Positions 54,360 to 63,208 of a stretch of 64,000 nucleotides of DNA are shown piece by piece. The notes under the pieces were generated by a model, which did not search any database, was not told where the DNA came from, and saw only the letters and a program-made list of their open reading frames with translations. The translations under genes and the position numbers were made by a program. Numbering within the stretch: position 1 is the first letter of the stretch; each line of letters opens with the position of its first letter. Source of the DNA: Bacilli bacterium (GTDB lineage Bacteria; Bacillota_I; Bacilli_A; RFN20; CAG-826); the NCBI GenBank assembly GCA_024408335.1, contig JAKSVB010000007.1, forward strand, positions 18,408-82,407, in the 5' to 3' direction.

Positions 54360-55619
54360 TTATAAGACCTTCTTTCCTTTTACGAATTTGTTTACGATGA
54401 ATGAGTCTTGGCCGCTATAGATCAGCCTTTCGACTCTGTCTCTAATTGAAAACTTGATATGCGATGGATCGTTTTTCAAATCATCAACAACGACTATATC
54501 TGCGTCATAACCTTCAGCGAAGGTTCCAACTTTACCAAAGTAGGATCCTCCTCCAAGGGTACCTAGATAAAAGGCTTCTTCGGCAGTTAGCGGTGAATAA
54601 TCGGTGTCTTGGCCATAGTTAATGAGTTTTGAAAGCTGGATAGCTAGTTTCATAGCCTCTAGAAGATTCAAAGTCGAACCCCCTGCCACATCGCTTCCTA
54701 AACCGATATGCATATCTCTATCAAGGTATTTTCTGACTGGACAGATGCCACCTGTTGATACGTTGGTGTTGCTATCTGGGCAGTGCACTAAATAAACGTT
54801 CTTGTCTTTGAGGATTTGAAGTTCGTCTTCCCTAACGAAGATGCAGTGCGCCATAACGCTTCCTTCAAGAAGTCCTACTTTGTCATACGTATCTGTGTAA
54901 TGTTTTGCGTCAGGGCAAAGAGACTTAACGAAAGCAATCTCGTCACGGTTTTCATCTAAATGGGACTGGGAAGCCACACCATATTCTTTTCTAACTTCTC
55001 CTAACATCGAAAGCATTTCGTCGGTGCAGCTAACCGTGAATCTAGGAGTGATGATTGGCTTAACGTGCTTATAGTCTTTTAAGCGGTTAATGAATTCGAT
55101 GTTGTCATTCTTGGCTTCTTCAACTGAATGGCGATAGAAATCAGGAACGTTCCTATCCATATCGACAAGGCCAACATAGGCTTCGATTCCTGCTTTCTCA
55201 AGCATCGAGGCAAGGATTGTTGTGGCTTCTAGATGAAGAGTCGCAAAAATCACAGCGCGAGTTGTGAATGTCTTTCTTAATGATTCAACGAAGATCTTAT
55301 AGGCCTTCTTAGCGTATTTCTCGTCTTTGAATTTCGCTTCGATTGGGAAGGTGTATTTATCTAACCACTCCAAAAGAGTGACATCCATCGCAGTGCCTTT
55401 ATAGCCAAACTGCGAAGCGTGAAGATGGAGATCGCTCATTCCTGGGATGATGAGCTTTCCTGAATAATCTAGAAGCTTCTTCTTTTTTAGAGCCTCAGGA
55501 AGTCTTTTGTAAGTTCCTTCAATGATTCCGTTCTTTACGTGGATATATCCGTTTTTGATTGTTTCGAGAGTGTTTTTATTTTTCGAGAAGGCCAAATCGC
55601 CTTTGAGAATGTATTCCAT
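54360..55619 (-). CDS. guaD: Guanine deaminase (amidohydrolase superfamily)
   Basis: LIIPGMSDLHLHASQ..., LLEWLDKYTFP, SHLDENRDEIAFVKSL, HCPDSN, GLGSDVAGG. These are collinear with E. coli GuaD motifs. Confidence 0.8.
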   Translation of the reverse strand: MEYILKGDLAFSKNKNTLETIKNGYIHVKNGIIEGTYKRLPEALKKKKLLDYSGKLIIPGMSDLHLHASQFGYKGTAMDVTLLEWLDKYTFPIEAKFKDEKYAKKAYKIFVESLRKTFTTRAVIFATLHLEATTILASMLEKAGIEAYVGLVDMDRNVPDFYRHSVEEAKNDNIEFINRLKDYKHVKPIITPRFTVSCTDEMLSMLGEVRKEYGVASQSHLDENRDEIAFVKSLCPDAKHYTDTYDKVGLLEGSVMAHCIFVREDELQILKDKNVYLVHCPDSNTNVSTGGICPVRKYLDRDMHIGLGSDVAGGSTLNLLEAMKLAIQLSKLINYGQDTDYSPLTAEEAFYLGTLGGGSYFGKVGTFAEGYDADIVVVDDLKNDPSHIKFSIRDRVERLIYSGQDSFIVNKFVKGKKVL

Positions 55620-55697
55620 TTTGTTTCCTCGTGCCTTCTAAATTCTAAAGAAAAAAGGGCATTAAGAATACCCTTTTCTTAAGTTTATAACTTAACC

Positions 55698-56393
55698 TTA
55701 GACTGCTGTTGCGCCTGCAAGGCTTGGATAGCTGACTTTGACGTTATATGAGATTGCGAGTTTGACTTCGGTTTTTCCTTCTTCAGAATCGGAAACGCCT
55801 GCCATGGTAACTGGCAAATATTTGTCGTATCCGATTTTGACGCTTTGTTTTTCTTTTGTTTCGACGTCGATACCTGATGCCTTAATAGCAAGGTTGCCTT
55901 TGCCAGATGAATGGTAGCTAATCTTTTCAATACCACTTGCAGCGTTTTCGGCATCTGTTCTTTCGAATTCCGTTGCGAACGAGAGCTCAATCATGCCAGC
56001 AAGAAGCTCAAAAGCGCCGGTTATAGTTGCCTCGTATGTTGTGAATGTAAGACCAATCGAATCTGTCGTGTACATCTTTTCGCCATCTTCGTTTTGAACG
56101 GTGTAATATTTGCCGTCTTTTTTATAAGCCCATGCTTCGGTTACGCTTGTTCCTGTTTTTGAGGAGAAGTAAGCGAACGAATCTTCTTTTGAGTAAATCA
56201 TGGTTGTATCGCCTTCGCCAAGGATGTTGGTGGTGAATTTATAACTCTTCACTTCCTTCATTTTTGCTGCGCTATTTGCTTGGATATCTGCAAAAACTTC
56301 CACTGCCTTTTCTTTGGAAATAGTTGGTGCGTCGCATGATGTTAATGCGCCGACCATAAGAAGTGAGAATGCTGCCCTAGTTAATTTTTTCAT
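55698..56393 (-). CDS. Lipoprotein, unknown function
   Basis: Start at MKKLTRAAFSLLMVGALTSC (56393) behind GGAG. The longer track ORF lacks an RBS. Confidence 0.7.
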   Translation of the reverse strand: MKKLTRAAFSLLMVGALTSCDAPTISKEKAVEVFADIQANSAAKMKEVKSYKFTTNILGEGDTTMIYSKEDSFAYFSSKTGTSVTEAWAYKKDGKYYTVQNEDGEKMYTTDSIGLTFTTYEATITGAFELLAGMIELSFATEFERTDAENAASGIEKISYHSSGKGNLAIKASGIDVETKEKQSVKIGYDKYLPVTMAGVSDSEEGKTEVKLAISYNVKVSYPSLAGATAV

Positions 56394-56569
56394 AAATGAC
56401 TCCGAAGATGTGCGAAACGTAGCACATAAATCAAAATATAGCATACAATCCACCGTGTACAAATAGGTTAAACAAAAACATTTAAATTTTTGATTACCGA
56501 ATTAGCCTTCCTTAAAAATGCTTTGTGTATGGGGTTTCTCTTTTCTCTCTTTGCCGTTATACTTTTTTT

Positions 56570-58273
56570 ATGAAAAAAATCACAAACAAATTATTTAAAG
56601 GCGCTATGATTCTTAGCGCGTTGCTCCTCGTCTCGTCATGCGATGCTTTTGGCACCCCTACTAACGACAACAACGTCGATCTCGATATAAGTTACATCCC
56701 TCTTCTTAATGACTCACAAGAATTTGAACTCGGAGAGAATAAACTCAAAACATATTTCTACAAAGGCGGAAACGTTCCTCTTGTTGATTTTAGAGAATAC
56801 GTTACAACCCTCGAAGGTTATATTCAAAACCAAGGCCTTTCCTGGAAGGTTAGCGAAAACGGCAACTATGAGAAGATGTCATTTAGACGTTATGGATATA
56901 CATACGCAATGACAGTAAACTGGGAAAAGAATCTCATCCACATCAATGACCTCAACGTCACATACCATAGTTACCCATATTCCTCAACCGATTATGGTTC
57001 ACACCTCAAATTCACAGGAGGCCTAGAGACAGATAGCAATGAGCTAGATTTCTATTTGGACGATTACGATATCGATATCCTTTACGTCAACAAGAAGGTC
57101 CTTATCCCTCAATCGATCCTTAATGTCTTCTTTGGCTCAGTTAACTATCAAAACGTTATTTATAACGGCGATAATTTCATCTTTACCGATACCCCATATT
57201 TGAACCATCTTAAATCTTCAAAGAACGGAACAACCTGCCCAAAAGACGTTAGAGAAGCAAGTGCAAGCACCCTTTTATTCACCCTCGACTATTTCTATGG
57301 TCTCAAAGAGCACAAAAACATCAGGAATGGCTTCAAAGCATTCATTGGTGAAGAGCTTTTAGAAAAGCTCAAATCAACCGATCCAAATATCTACTTTGAT
57401 GCCTATTACGAGATTCTTCAAAAGAAGCTTAATGAATTCCATACCAATCTCACAAGTGGCAGCGTCTATCATGACATCAACTTCCACCGCACAATCGATT
57501 TATATGACGAAGAGAAATCAGGAACCAATTGGATTGAAGAAGGTCCTTATTTCGATGAGCTCGAAAGACAATATAGCGAACATATTAGCGATGAAGAAGA
57601 CGGTGCCGTCAAATATAGAGGCAACACCGTCGTTGTAAGTTTTGATTCCTTTAGTGTAGCCCCTACATCTGAGATCAAAAATAGCGATGGTTCTTATAAA
57701 GAAGACGCTTATACAAAAGACACATACGCTTTCTTTTTGAAATACATGAACGAAATCAAAAACAAGGGAGGCATCAAAAACGTCATCCTCGATATCACCC
57801 AAAACGGAGGAGGCAACGTCGGATGCATGTATGAAGCCCTTGGTTTCTTAACAAATAGAGACATCCAAATATACGGCATGAATGTCCTTTCAGACTATGG
57901 ATATCTAAATACATACGCTGTCGATACCGATAACGATGGCGATTTCAAAGACGATGACGCCTTCACCGATTTCAAATTCTCAATTTTGACTTCTCACTAC
58001 ACATTTAGCGCCGCCAACGCATTCACCGCAATCGCCAAAAACATGGGCATTGCCAAAATCATCGGTCAAAGGTCAGGAGGAGGCATGTGCTCCGTTCTTC
58101 CTTGCGTCCTTCCTGATGGAACTTACTACAGAATGAGTTCAAACAACTTAAGCAACATGTATATCAACGATGAGTTTGTCGAAATCGAATCCGGCATCGC
58201 TCCTGATGTTGAACTTACGATGGAGCAACTTTACGACCTCGACTACTTGAACACACTCGCTAACACTTTCTAA
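56570..58273 (+). CDS. S41-family (tail-specific/C-terminal processing-like) peptidase lipoprotein
   Basis: Lipobox LLLVSSC; VILDITQNGGGNVG and TFSAANAF...GQRSGGG motifs. Confidence 0.7.
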   Translation: MKKITNKLFKGAMILSALLLVSSCDAFGTPTNDNNVDLDISYIPLLNDSQEFELGENKLKTYFYKGGNVPLVDFREYVTTLEGYIQNQGLSWKVSENGNYEKMSFRRYGYTYAMTVNWEKNLIHINDLNVTYHSYPYSSTDYGSHLKFTGGLETDSNELDFYLDDYDIDILYVNKKVLIPQSILNVFFGSVNYQNVIYNGDNFIFTDTPYLNHLKSSKNGTTCPKDVREASASTLLFTLDYFYGLKEHKNIRNGFKAFIGEELLEKLKSTDPNIYFDAYYEILQKKLNEFHTNLTSGSVYHDINFHRTIDLYDEEKSGTNWIEEGPYFDELERQYSEHISDEEDGAVKYRGNTVVVSFDSFSVAPTSEIKNSDGSYKEDAYTKDTYAFFLKYMNEIKNKGGIKNVILDITQNGGGNVGCMYEALGFLTNRDIQIYGMNVLSDYGYLNTYAVDTDNDGDFKDDDAFTDFKFSILTSHYTFSAANAFTAIAKNMGIAKIIGQRSGGGMCSVLPCVLPDGTYYRMSSNNLSNMYINDEFVEIESGIAPDVELTMEQLYDLDYLNTLANTF

Positions 58274-58371
58274 ATTCGCGGATAATTCCCACAAAATCTA
58301 AATTTCTTAACAAAAGTAATTGCTATTTTTCTTAGTAATTGTTTTACTTAATTAACGGCTCAGGTTTTGAT

Positions 58372-59097
58372 ATGAACTATTTATACTGGATGATTATTTG
58401 CTTTGGCTATATTGGCCTTATGCTTTTCTTTTCTCTCAAATTCAAATGGAAAAAGAACGTTACCATTAACGTTATGGCGTGTTTAGCTTTATCTAGCGAA
58501 CTCGTTAAGTTCTTTAACCGCATTAGGGAAATCACAAATGAAAGCGGAAGAATCATCGGAGGCTTCATCGATGCGAAAGCGTTACCTCTCCATCTTTGCT
58601 CAATCCTCATCTTCCTTTTCTTCTATCTCGCTCTAACTCCAAAGAAAGAAAACAAAGCCATCATTAGCTTTGCTACCTCGGTTAGCTTAATAGGCGGTCT
58701 CTTAGGAGTGCTTGTTGCAACGAGCGGCACATCTTTTAATGATGTGAGCACTTACCAATCGATGCTATATCACGCTTCGATCGTGTGGTTTGCTCTCTAT
58801 TTCATCATCACTAAGCAAGTTGATTTGGGCTTAAAGGCTTACATCAGAAACTGCTTGGTCTTATGCGCTCTCTTATTCATCATGGTTTGGATCAATGGCG
58901 CCCTTCATGAAGACTATAACACCAATTTCTTCTTCACCGTCTATCCTCCAGTCGACAATATCCCATTCCTAACAACCAAATATGGATGGTACGTCTATTT
59001 CGTCCATCTCATATTCACGGGGCTAGTTGCCTTAGGACTCTTGTCATTGCCTTATATCATCATCGACATCAAAAAAGCAAAAAAGGTTGCCAAGTAA
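58372..59097 (+). CDS. Polytopic membrane protein (possibly YwaF/TIGR02206-like)
   Basis: About 7 TM segments; ALPLHLCSILIFL motif. The family call is from memory only. Confidence 0.45.
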   Translation: MNYLYWMIICFGYIGLMLFFSLKFKWKKNVTINVMACLALSSELVKFFNRIREITNESGRIIGGFIDAKALPLHLCSILIFLFFYLALTPKKENKAIISFATSVSLIGGLLGVLVATSGTSFNDVSTYQSMLYHASIVWFALYFIITKQVDLGLKAYIRNCLVLCALLFIMVWINGALHEDYNTNFFFTVYPPVDNIPFLTTKYGWYVYFVHLIFTGLVALGLLSLPYIIIDIKKAKKVAK

Positions 59098-59119
59098 GGC
59101 AACCTTTTCCTTTAGGAAA

Positions 59120-61153
59120 CTATTTTCTTGTAACCGTATATCTATTTGTCTCGCTTGAGTAAACGTATATGGCAGAGTAGCTATATTTCGTCGTCACATC
59201 TACCGTGTTAACGGTGTTACTTACCACGTAAGTTCCGATTGAGTAAGAACCGCTTAACGTGTATGAGGTAACGCCTGTCCCTAATGTTGGGTTGTTTTCA
59301 GGTCTCCCAAAGACGATAAGGGTTCCAGAACTAACCCTAGCCGTTCCATCAGTATCGAGTCCTGTTGACATTCCACCGTTTCCGCCTTTTGTTATGACTA
59401 ACCCTCCGGTTTGGGTGTAGGTGTTATTGCTATCAATGCCATCGACATCTCCGCCATAAACGGTGATATCGATCGTCCCTCCAGAGATATTGATTTCAGG
59501 ACTTACGCCTGCTTTATTTGCAGCGTTAAGCCCATCATCGGTGGAATACACTTTTACGGTGCCTCCAGAGATATTGATGATATTCCCTTCAATGCCTTCA
59601 TACGAATTCGTGACGTTAATGACTCCGCCAGAGATGTCATTAATGTTATCGGCGTGGATGCCATCATCCGAAGCGTAAAGAGATAAGTCACCTCCAGAAA
59701 TATGGACGTTTCCTAGTCCAGTTGATCCGTTTTCGAGTTCTGCTCCTCTTCCAGCATGGACCGCATCATCATAGGCCTTAACGGAGATTTCGCCTCCTCT
59801 AATGAATATCTCGTTATCGGATTTGATTCCTTTCGCGGAATAATCCGCTTTATCGTTATTGCCTTCTTGCATTCCTCCTCCTGGACCTCCAGGGAAACCT
59901 CCGCCTCCTTGTTGAGTAGTGAAGTTTGTCCATTGAGAACACGACACATTAGAAGATGAGACAGATAAGACTGCAGTATCGTAGTTAGGATTAATGGTTA
60001 TGAATGAAGATGACGCTAAAGCGGTGCTTTCGTTTCTGGTCGTTACCGATTTTTGATATAAGAACACCTTCATCGATGTTGCGTCGCTAGGTTTAGAAAG
60101 CTCGTAGAAATAGTAATAAGAACCCCTGCCACCTTGTTTCATCGTTGAATAGGCCGCGTCTCTCCAAGTCAAAACATTGCTACTATTTTTGAACTGAACA
60201 GAATAGTTATAGGTATTGTTACTCGTTCTAAGGTACATCTTTGTGGCGCTTTGATCGTTGCCACTTCCGGAGATGCTTCCTATGGTGTAAGGAGAATATG
60301 AACTTGTTTTGATATCTAATTTAGGTTCGTTTTCAATGACTACGTCATAGGCCGCTTCGATGGCATCCTCACATGAACTAATTGTGATATCGCCACCTGT
60401 GATGTTAATGCTTCCTTTTTGATTTCCTTTTGAGGATATGGAAGTGTTCTCTGTCTTTAAGCCTGAGCCACACTTAGAGATTAGGTTTATGGTTCCTGAC
60501 TCGACAGTAATGGAATCATTTCCTTTTACCGCGTGGTTGATGGATGTCACATTAATCGTGCCAGTTGATTTGAATTTGATGTCATCAGTTGAATGAATGC
60601 CGTTATTGTAAGAAGCGTTAACAGTAAGACTGCCAGTGCTGGTGATTTTCAAATCGCATTTCGAATAGATGGCTCCTTTACCTTGTAATGGATCTTCGTT
60701 ACTTGAATCTAAGGCCATGCGATTGTCGTTAATGACGTTATTGCCAATGAGCTTAATCTTTAATTCGCCAGCGCTTTTGCAGTATATAGGTGAATTGTCT
60801 GTTGATGTTATGGTCGCGCCATTTAAAACGACTTCCACTTCATCCGTTTCTGGGGCGTCGATTAAAATCGAGCCATTAACGTTACCTGAAAATGTATATG
60901 ATCCTGCTGCGTTAATTGTCCTAATGAAATTTTCAGGATTCATCGAAGAAGGCAAGGTGGATGATGAAACCTCGTTAGACGAAGAATCGTAGCTCGTAGA
61001 AGAGGTTTGACTACTTTCTAAAGATGATAAAAGTGACGATGACGCCTTATCTTCTTCGCTATAAAAAGAGGAAGAAACCTTTGAGTCTTCGATTCCGCCA
61101 CAACTGCAAAGCAGTGAGATGGATAGTAACATAACGAGTCTTTTCTTATTCAT
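59120..61153 (-). CDS. Lipoprotein with Cthe_2159-like beta-helix carbohydrate-binding repeats
   Basis: Lipobox LLCSCG, a Ser-rich linker, then repeated D-[AD]-[IGV]-[EHN]-[AS] turns (DAIEA, DDAVHA, DDGIHAD, DDGLNA, DGIDSN). Confidence 0.6.
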   Translation of the reverse strand: MNKKRLVMLLSISLLCSCGGIEDSKVSSSFYSEEDKASSSLLSSLESSQTSSTSYDSSSNEVSSSTLPSSMNPENFIRTINAAGSYTFSGNVNGSILIDAPETDEVEVVLNGATITSTDNSPIYCKSAGELKIKLIGNNVINDNRMALDSSNEDPLQGKGAIYSKCDLKITSTGSLTVNASYNNGIHSTDDIKFKSTGTINVTSINHAVKGNDSITVESGTINLISKCGSGLKTENTSISSKGNQKGSINITGGDITISSCEDAIEAAYDVVIENEPKLDIKTSSYSPYTIGSISGSGNDQSATKMYLRTSNNTYNYSVQFKNSSNVLTWRDAAYSTMKQGGRGSYYYFYELSKPSDATSMKVFLYQKSVTTRNESTALASSSFITINPNYDTAVLSVSSSNVSCSQWTNFTTQQGGGGFPGGPGGGMQEGNNDKADYSAKGIKSDNEIFIRGGEISVKAYDDAVHAGRGAELENGSTGLGNVHISGGDLSLYASDDGIHADNINDISGGVINVTNSYEGIEGNIINISGGTVKVYSTDDGLNAANKAGVSPEINISGGTIDITVYGGDVDGIDSNNTYTQTGGLVITKGGNGGMSTGLDTDGTARVSSGTLIVFGRPENNPTLGTGVTSYTLSGSYSIGTYVVSNTVNTVDVTTKYSYSAIYVYSSETNRYTVTRK

Positions 61154-61422
61154 GTTTTTTCCTCCTTGAATTTTCCTTAAGATATAAAATTTTTTTATCC
61201 CTCATAAGCGTTATTTTTGAGTTTTAACGCTTCTTTAATTAATTTTTTGGAATTTATAAAGGTGTCAATAATTGATATTCAAACAGTTTAGTCCACTTGT
61301 CACTATTTATTTTTCGTGGGTTTCAAAAATGGATGAGATAAAATAAGCCCACGAAAGAAAATAGAACCGCAAAACTCTATCTTCCAGGACTCTTTGAGTT
61401 CTATGAACTCTATAAGAGGTTC

Positions 61423-62253
61423 TTGGGATTATATAAGAACCACCGCGACTATTTTTATGACTTCATAGAAATCTCTTCGATTTACGGCGCCACCTCATCT
61501 TGCCTTTGGGGAGGAGGGAGAGTTGCTTTTGGAGATGATGATGTGTCTTCTTTCCTAGAACTCCTAAAAGATTCTGGGGTATCCGCTAGACTGACATTTA
61601 GTAATTCTCTTCTCCAAAAAGAACATCTAGATGATCCTTTATGCAATAAGTTATGTGCCTTATTAAATGATCCAAACGGTCATAACGGTGTCATCGTTCA
61701 TAGCGATTTGCTTAAAGATTATCTTTTAGAGAAGTATCCATATCTTGAACTCATATCATCTACCACAAAAGTATTGCTTGATGACGCTTCGTTAAAAGAG
61801 GAACTCGCCAAAAAGGAATTTAAATACGTCGTTCCTGATTTTAGATACAACAAGAGACTAGATTTCTTTTCTTCACTAAATGAAGAATCGAAAGATAAAG
61901 TTGAGCTTCTTATTAATGAATGCTGCTATATAGGCTGCAAAGAAAGAAAAGAATGCTATAAAAACGTATCGGAAAAGGCTCTTGGGTTGAATACCAGAGA
62001 CCATATATGCAAAGCCCCTTTCGGTAATGAAGGATACGTATTCTCTAGAGCCATGGAAAACCCTACTTTCGTTAGCGTTTCTGACATCAAAGAAACATAC
62101 CTTCCTTTAGGAATAAGCAACTTCAAAATCGAAGGAAGAGGTTTAGGAAGCGCCTTAGTATTTGAAATGCTCCTTTACTACTTAGTTAAGCCTGAATGTC
62201 AGCTTAAAGTACGAGAAGCAGTATATCTCGACGCCAACTTGGACTTGTTCTAA
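61423..62253 (+). CDS. U32-peptidase-like TIM-barrel protein; start uncertain (TTG, no in-frame ATG upstream)
   Basis: C-terminal GISNFKIEGRG resembles the U32 KIEGR region. The frame is open from 61342, but the only start-like codon with an AGAGG is the TTG at 61423. Confidence 0.4.
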   Translation: MGLYKNHRDYFYDFIEISSIYGATSSCLWGGGRVAFGDDDVSSFLELLKDSGVSARLTFSNSLLQKEHLDDPLCNKLCALLNDPNGHNGVIVHSDLLKDYLLEKYPYLELISSTTKVLLDDASLKEELAKKEFKYVVPDFRYNKRLDFFSSLNEESKDKVELLINECCYIGCKERKECYKNVSEKALGLNTRDHICKAPFGNEGYVFSRAMENPTFVSVSDIKETYLPLGISNFKIEGRGLGSALVFEMLLYYLVKPECQLKVREAVYLDANLDLF

Positions 62254-62261
62254 ACATAAAA

Positions 62262-62905
62262 GAGGCGCTCTACTCACATATTGGCTTTCTAATAGCCTCA
62301 TTATCTCCGGGTTTTTGAACCTTAACTAAAGACGTCACATCCCTTGGTAGCCAAGTATCGAAGATTGTCCTTATTTTGTTTCTTTCGAATCCAAAAAAGC
62401 GTATTTAGTACGGTGTTAAGCTTAGTCAGCGATTCTATTGGCTCCACCTCTCTTTTGCGGCCTACAAGAAAAGTGTTTAGGAACATTAATGATAGAATGT
62501 CTTTTTCATCATGGACTTTTCATTCTTTGGTTATATAGTGCTTCTCTTACCGTTTGAATTCCAATCTTTGCACACGAAACCCCAGGCCCGGCAGAGGATG
62601 GTTTAGCCCTTGAGACTTGGCCTCCCCCTCCCTTGTGTATTGTTTCATTCCCACTCATTGCTAGCTTTTCGGCGATTCGGTGAGAATAACTCGTATCGCA
62701 TCAATTTTTGTCGAAACGGGATATTAACCTCATTGCTTGGCTCAAGAAGAAATCCTTATTTTTTGAGCCGACGAATGAATCTACTATATCATCAGCTAGG
62801 CTACCGGTATAAGCAGTGCTCCCTGCATCAGCCTTTTCTATAAGGTTTCCGGCTGATGCAATCCGGCCTTCATCTCCTTCCATGGGGATAGCGCCCTTTT
62901 CATTA
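62262..62905 (-). ncRNA. Candidate large structured RNA (~640 nt; family unassigned) or decayed gene
   Basis: No credible ORF in any frame. Several hand-found helices, including nested ones, have G.U pairs valid only on the minus strand, and there are locally GC-rich tracts (see findings). Confidence 0.3.
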
Positions 62906-63015
62906 TTGCGATAAAGGCTTCTTAAAAGAAAAAAGGCCTGACACTACTGTATCAAACCTATTCTTGTTATATGGCTATGAACTAGTGATTTGATACCAAT
63001 TAAACACTTTTGAGT

Positions 63016-63048
63016 TTCATTGAACATTTTAACAGTTCATTGAACATC
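63016..63048. repeat. Two exact 12-nt direct repeats TTCATTGAACAT spaced 21 bp, each containing the 9-bp palindrome TTCATTGAA
   Basis: Read directly at 63016..63027 and 63037..63048. Confidence 0.85.
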
Positions 63049-63208
63049 ACCTATTTTAAGGTCTTTTTTAACTATTTTTTCCTATTTTTTGTCGAACCCA
63101 CGATGAGCCCACAACAGATTTAGGAGAACCTTTATATGATGGGGTCAAAGTGCTGATGCATTGTTTATAGTACTTAAATGCGAGCCCTACAGGACTATTA
63201 TCTACGTT

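Noticed and set aside
62440-62449. GGCUCCACC on the plus strand, resembling a tmRNA/tRNA 3' end
   Set aside because: There is no T-arm (GGUUCGAAUCC-like) before it, no matching 5' acceptor strand and no tag-peptide reading frame. The required ~350 nt upstream would overlap a protein gene.
62508-62520. GAAAAGUCCAUGAUG on the minus strand, resembling the RNase P type-B P4 strand (GGAAAGUCCAUG)
   Set aside because: The only candidate partner strand (ACUUGGCUA, about 170 nt downstream) pairs imperfectly and is itself a local hairpin. The spacing is far too short for an S-domain, and the other universal RNase P motifs were not found.
63091-63103. GUGGGUUCGAC (minus strand) T-loop-like string that could mark a tRNA-derived attachment site
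   Set aside because: No complementary 3' T-stem half, no acceptor end and no anticodon arm could be folded around it. It does not match the 3' ends of the three tRNAs in the window.
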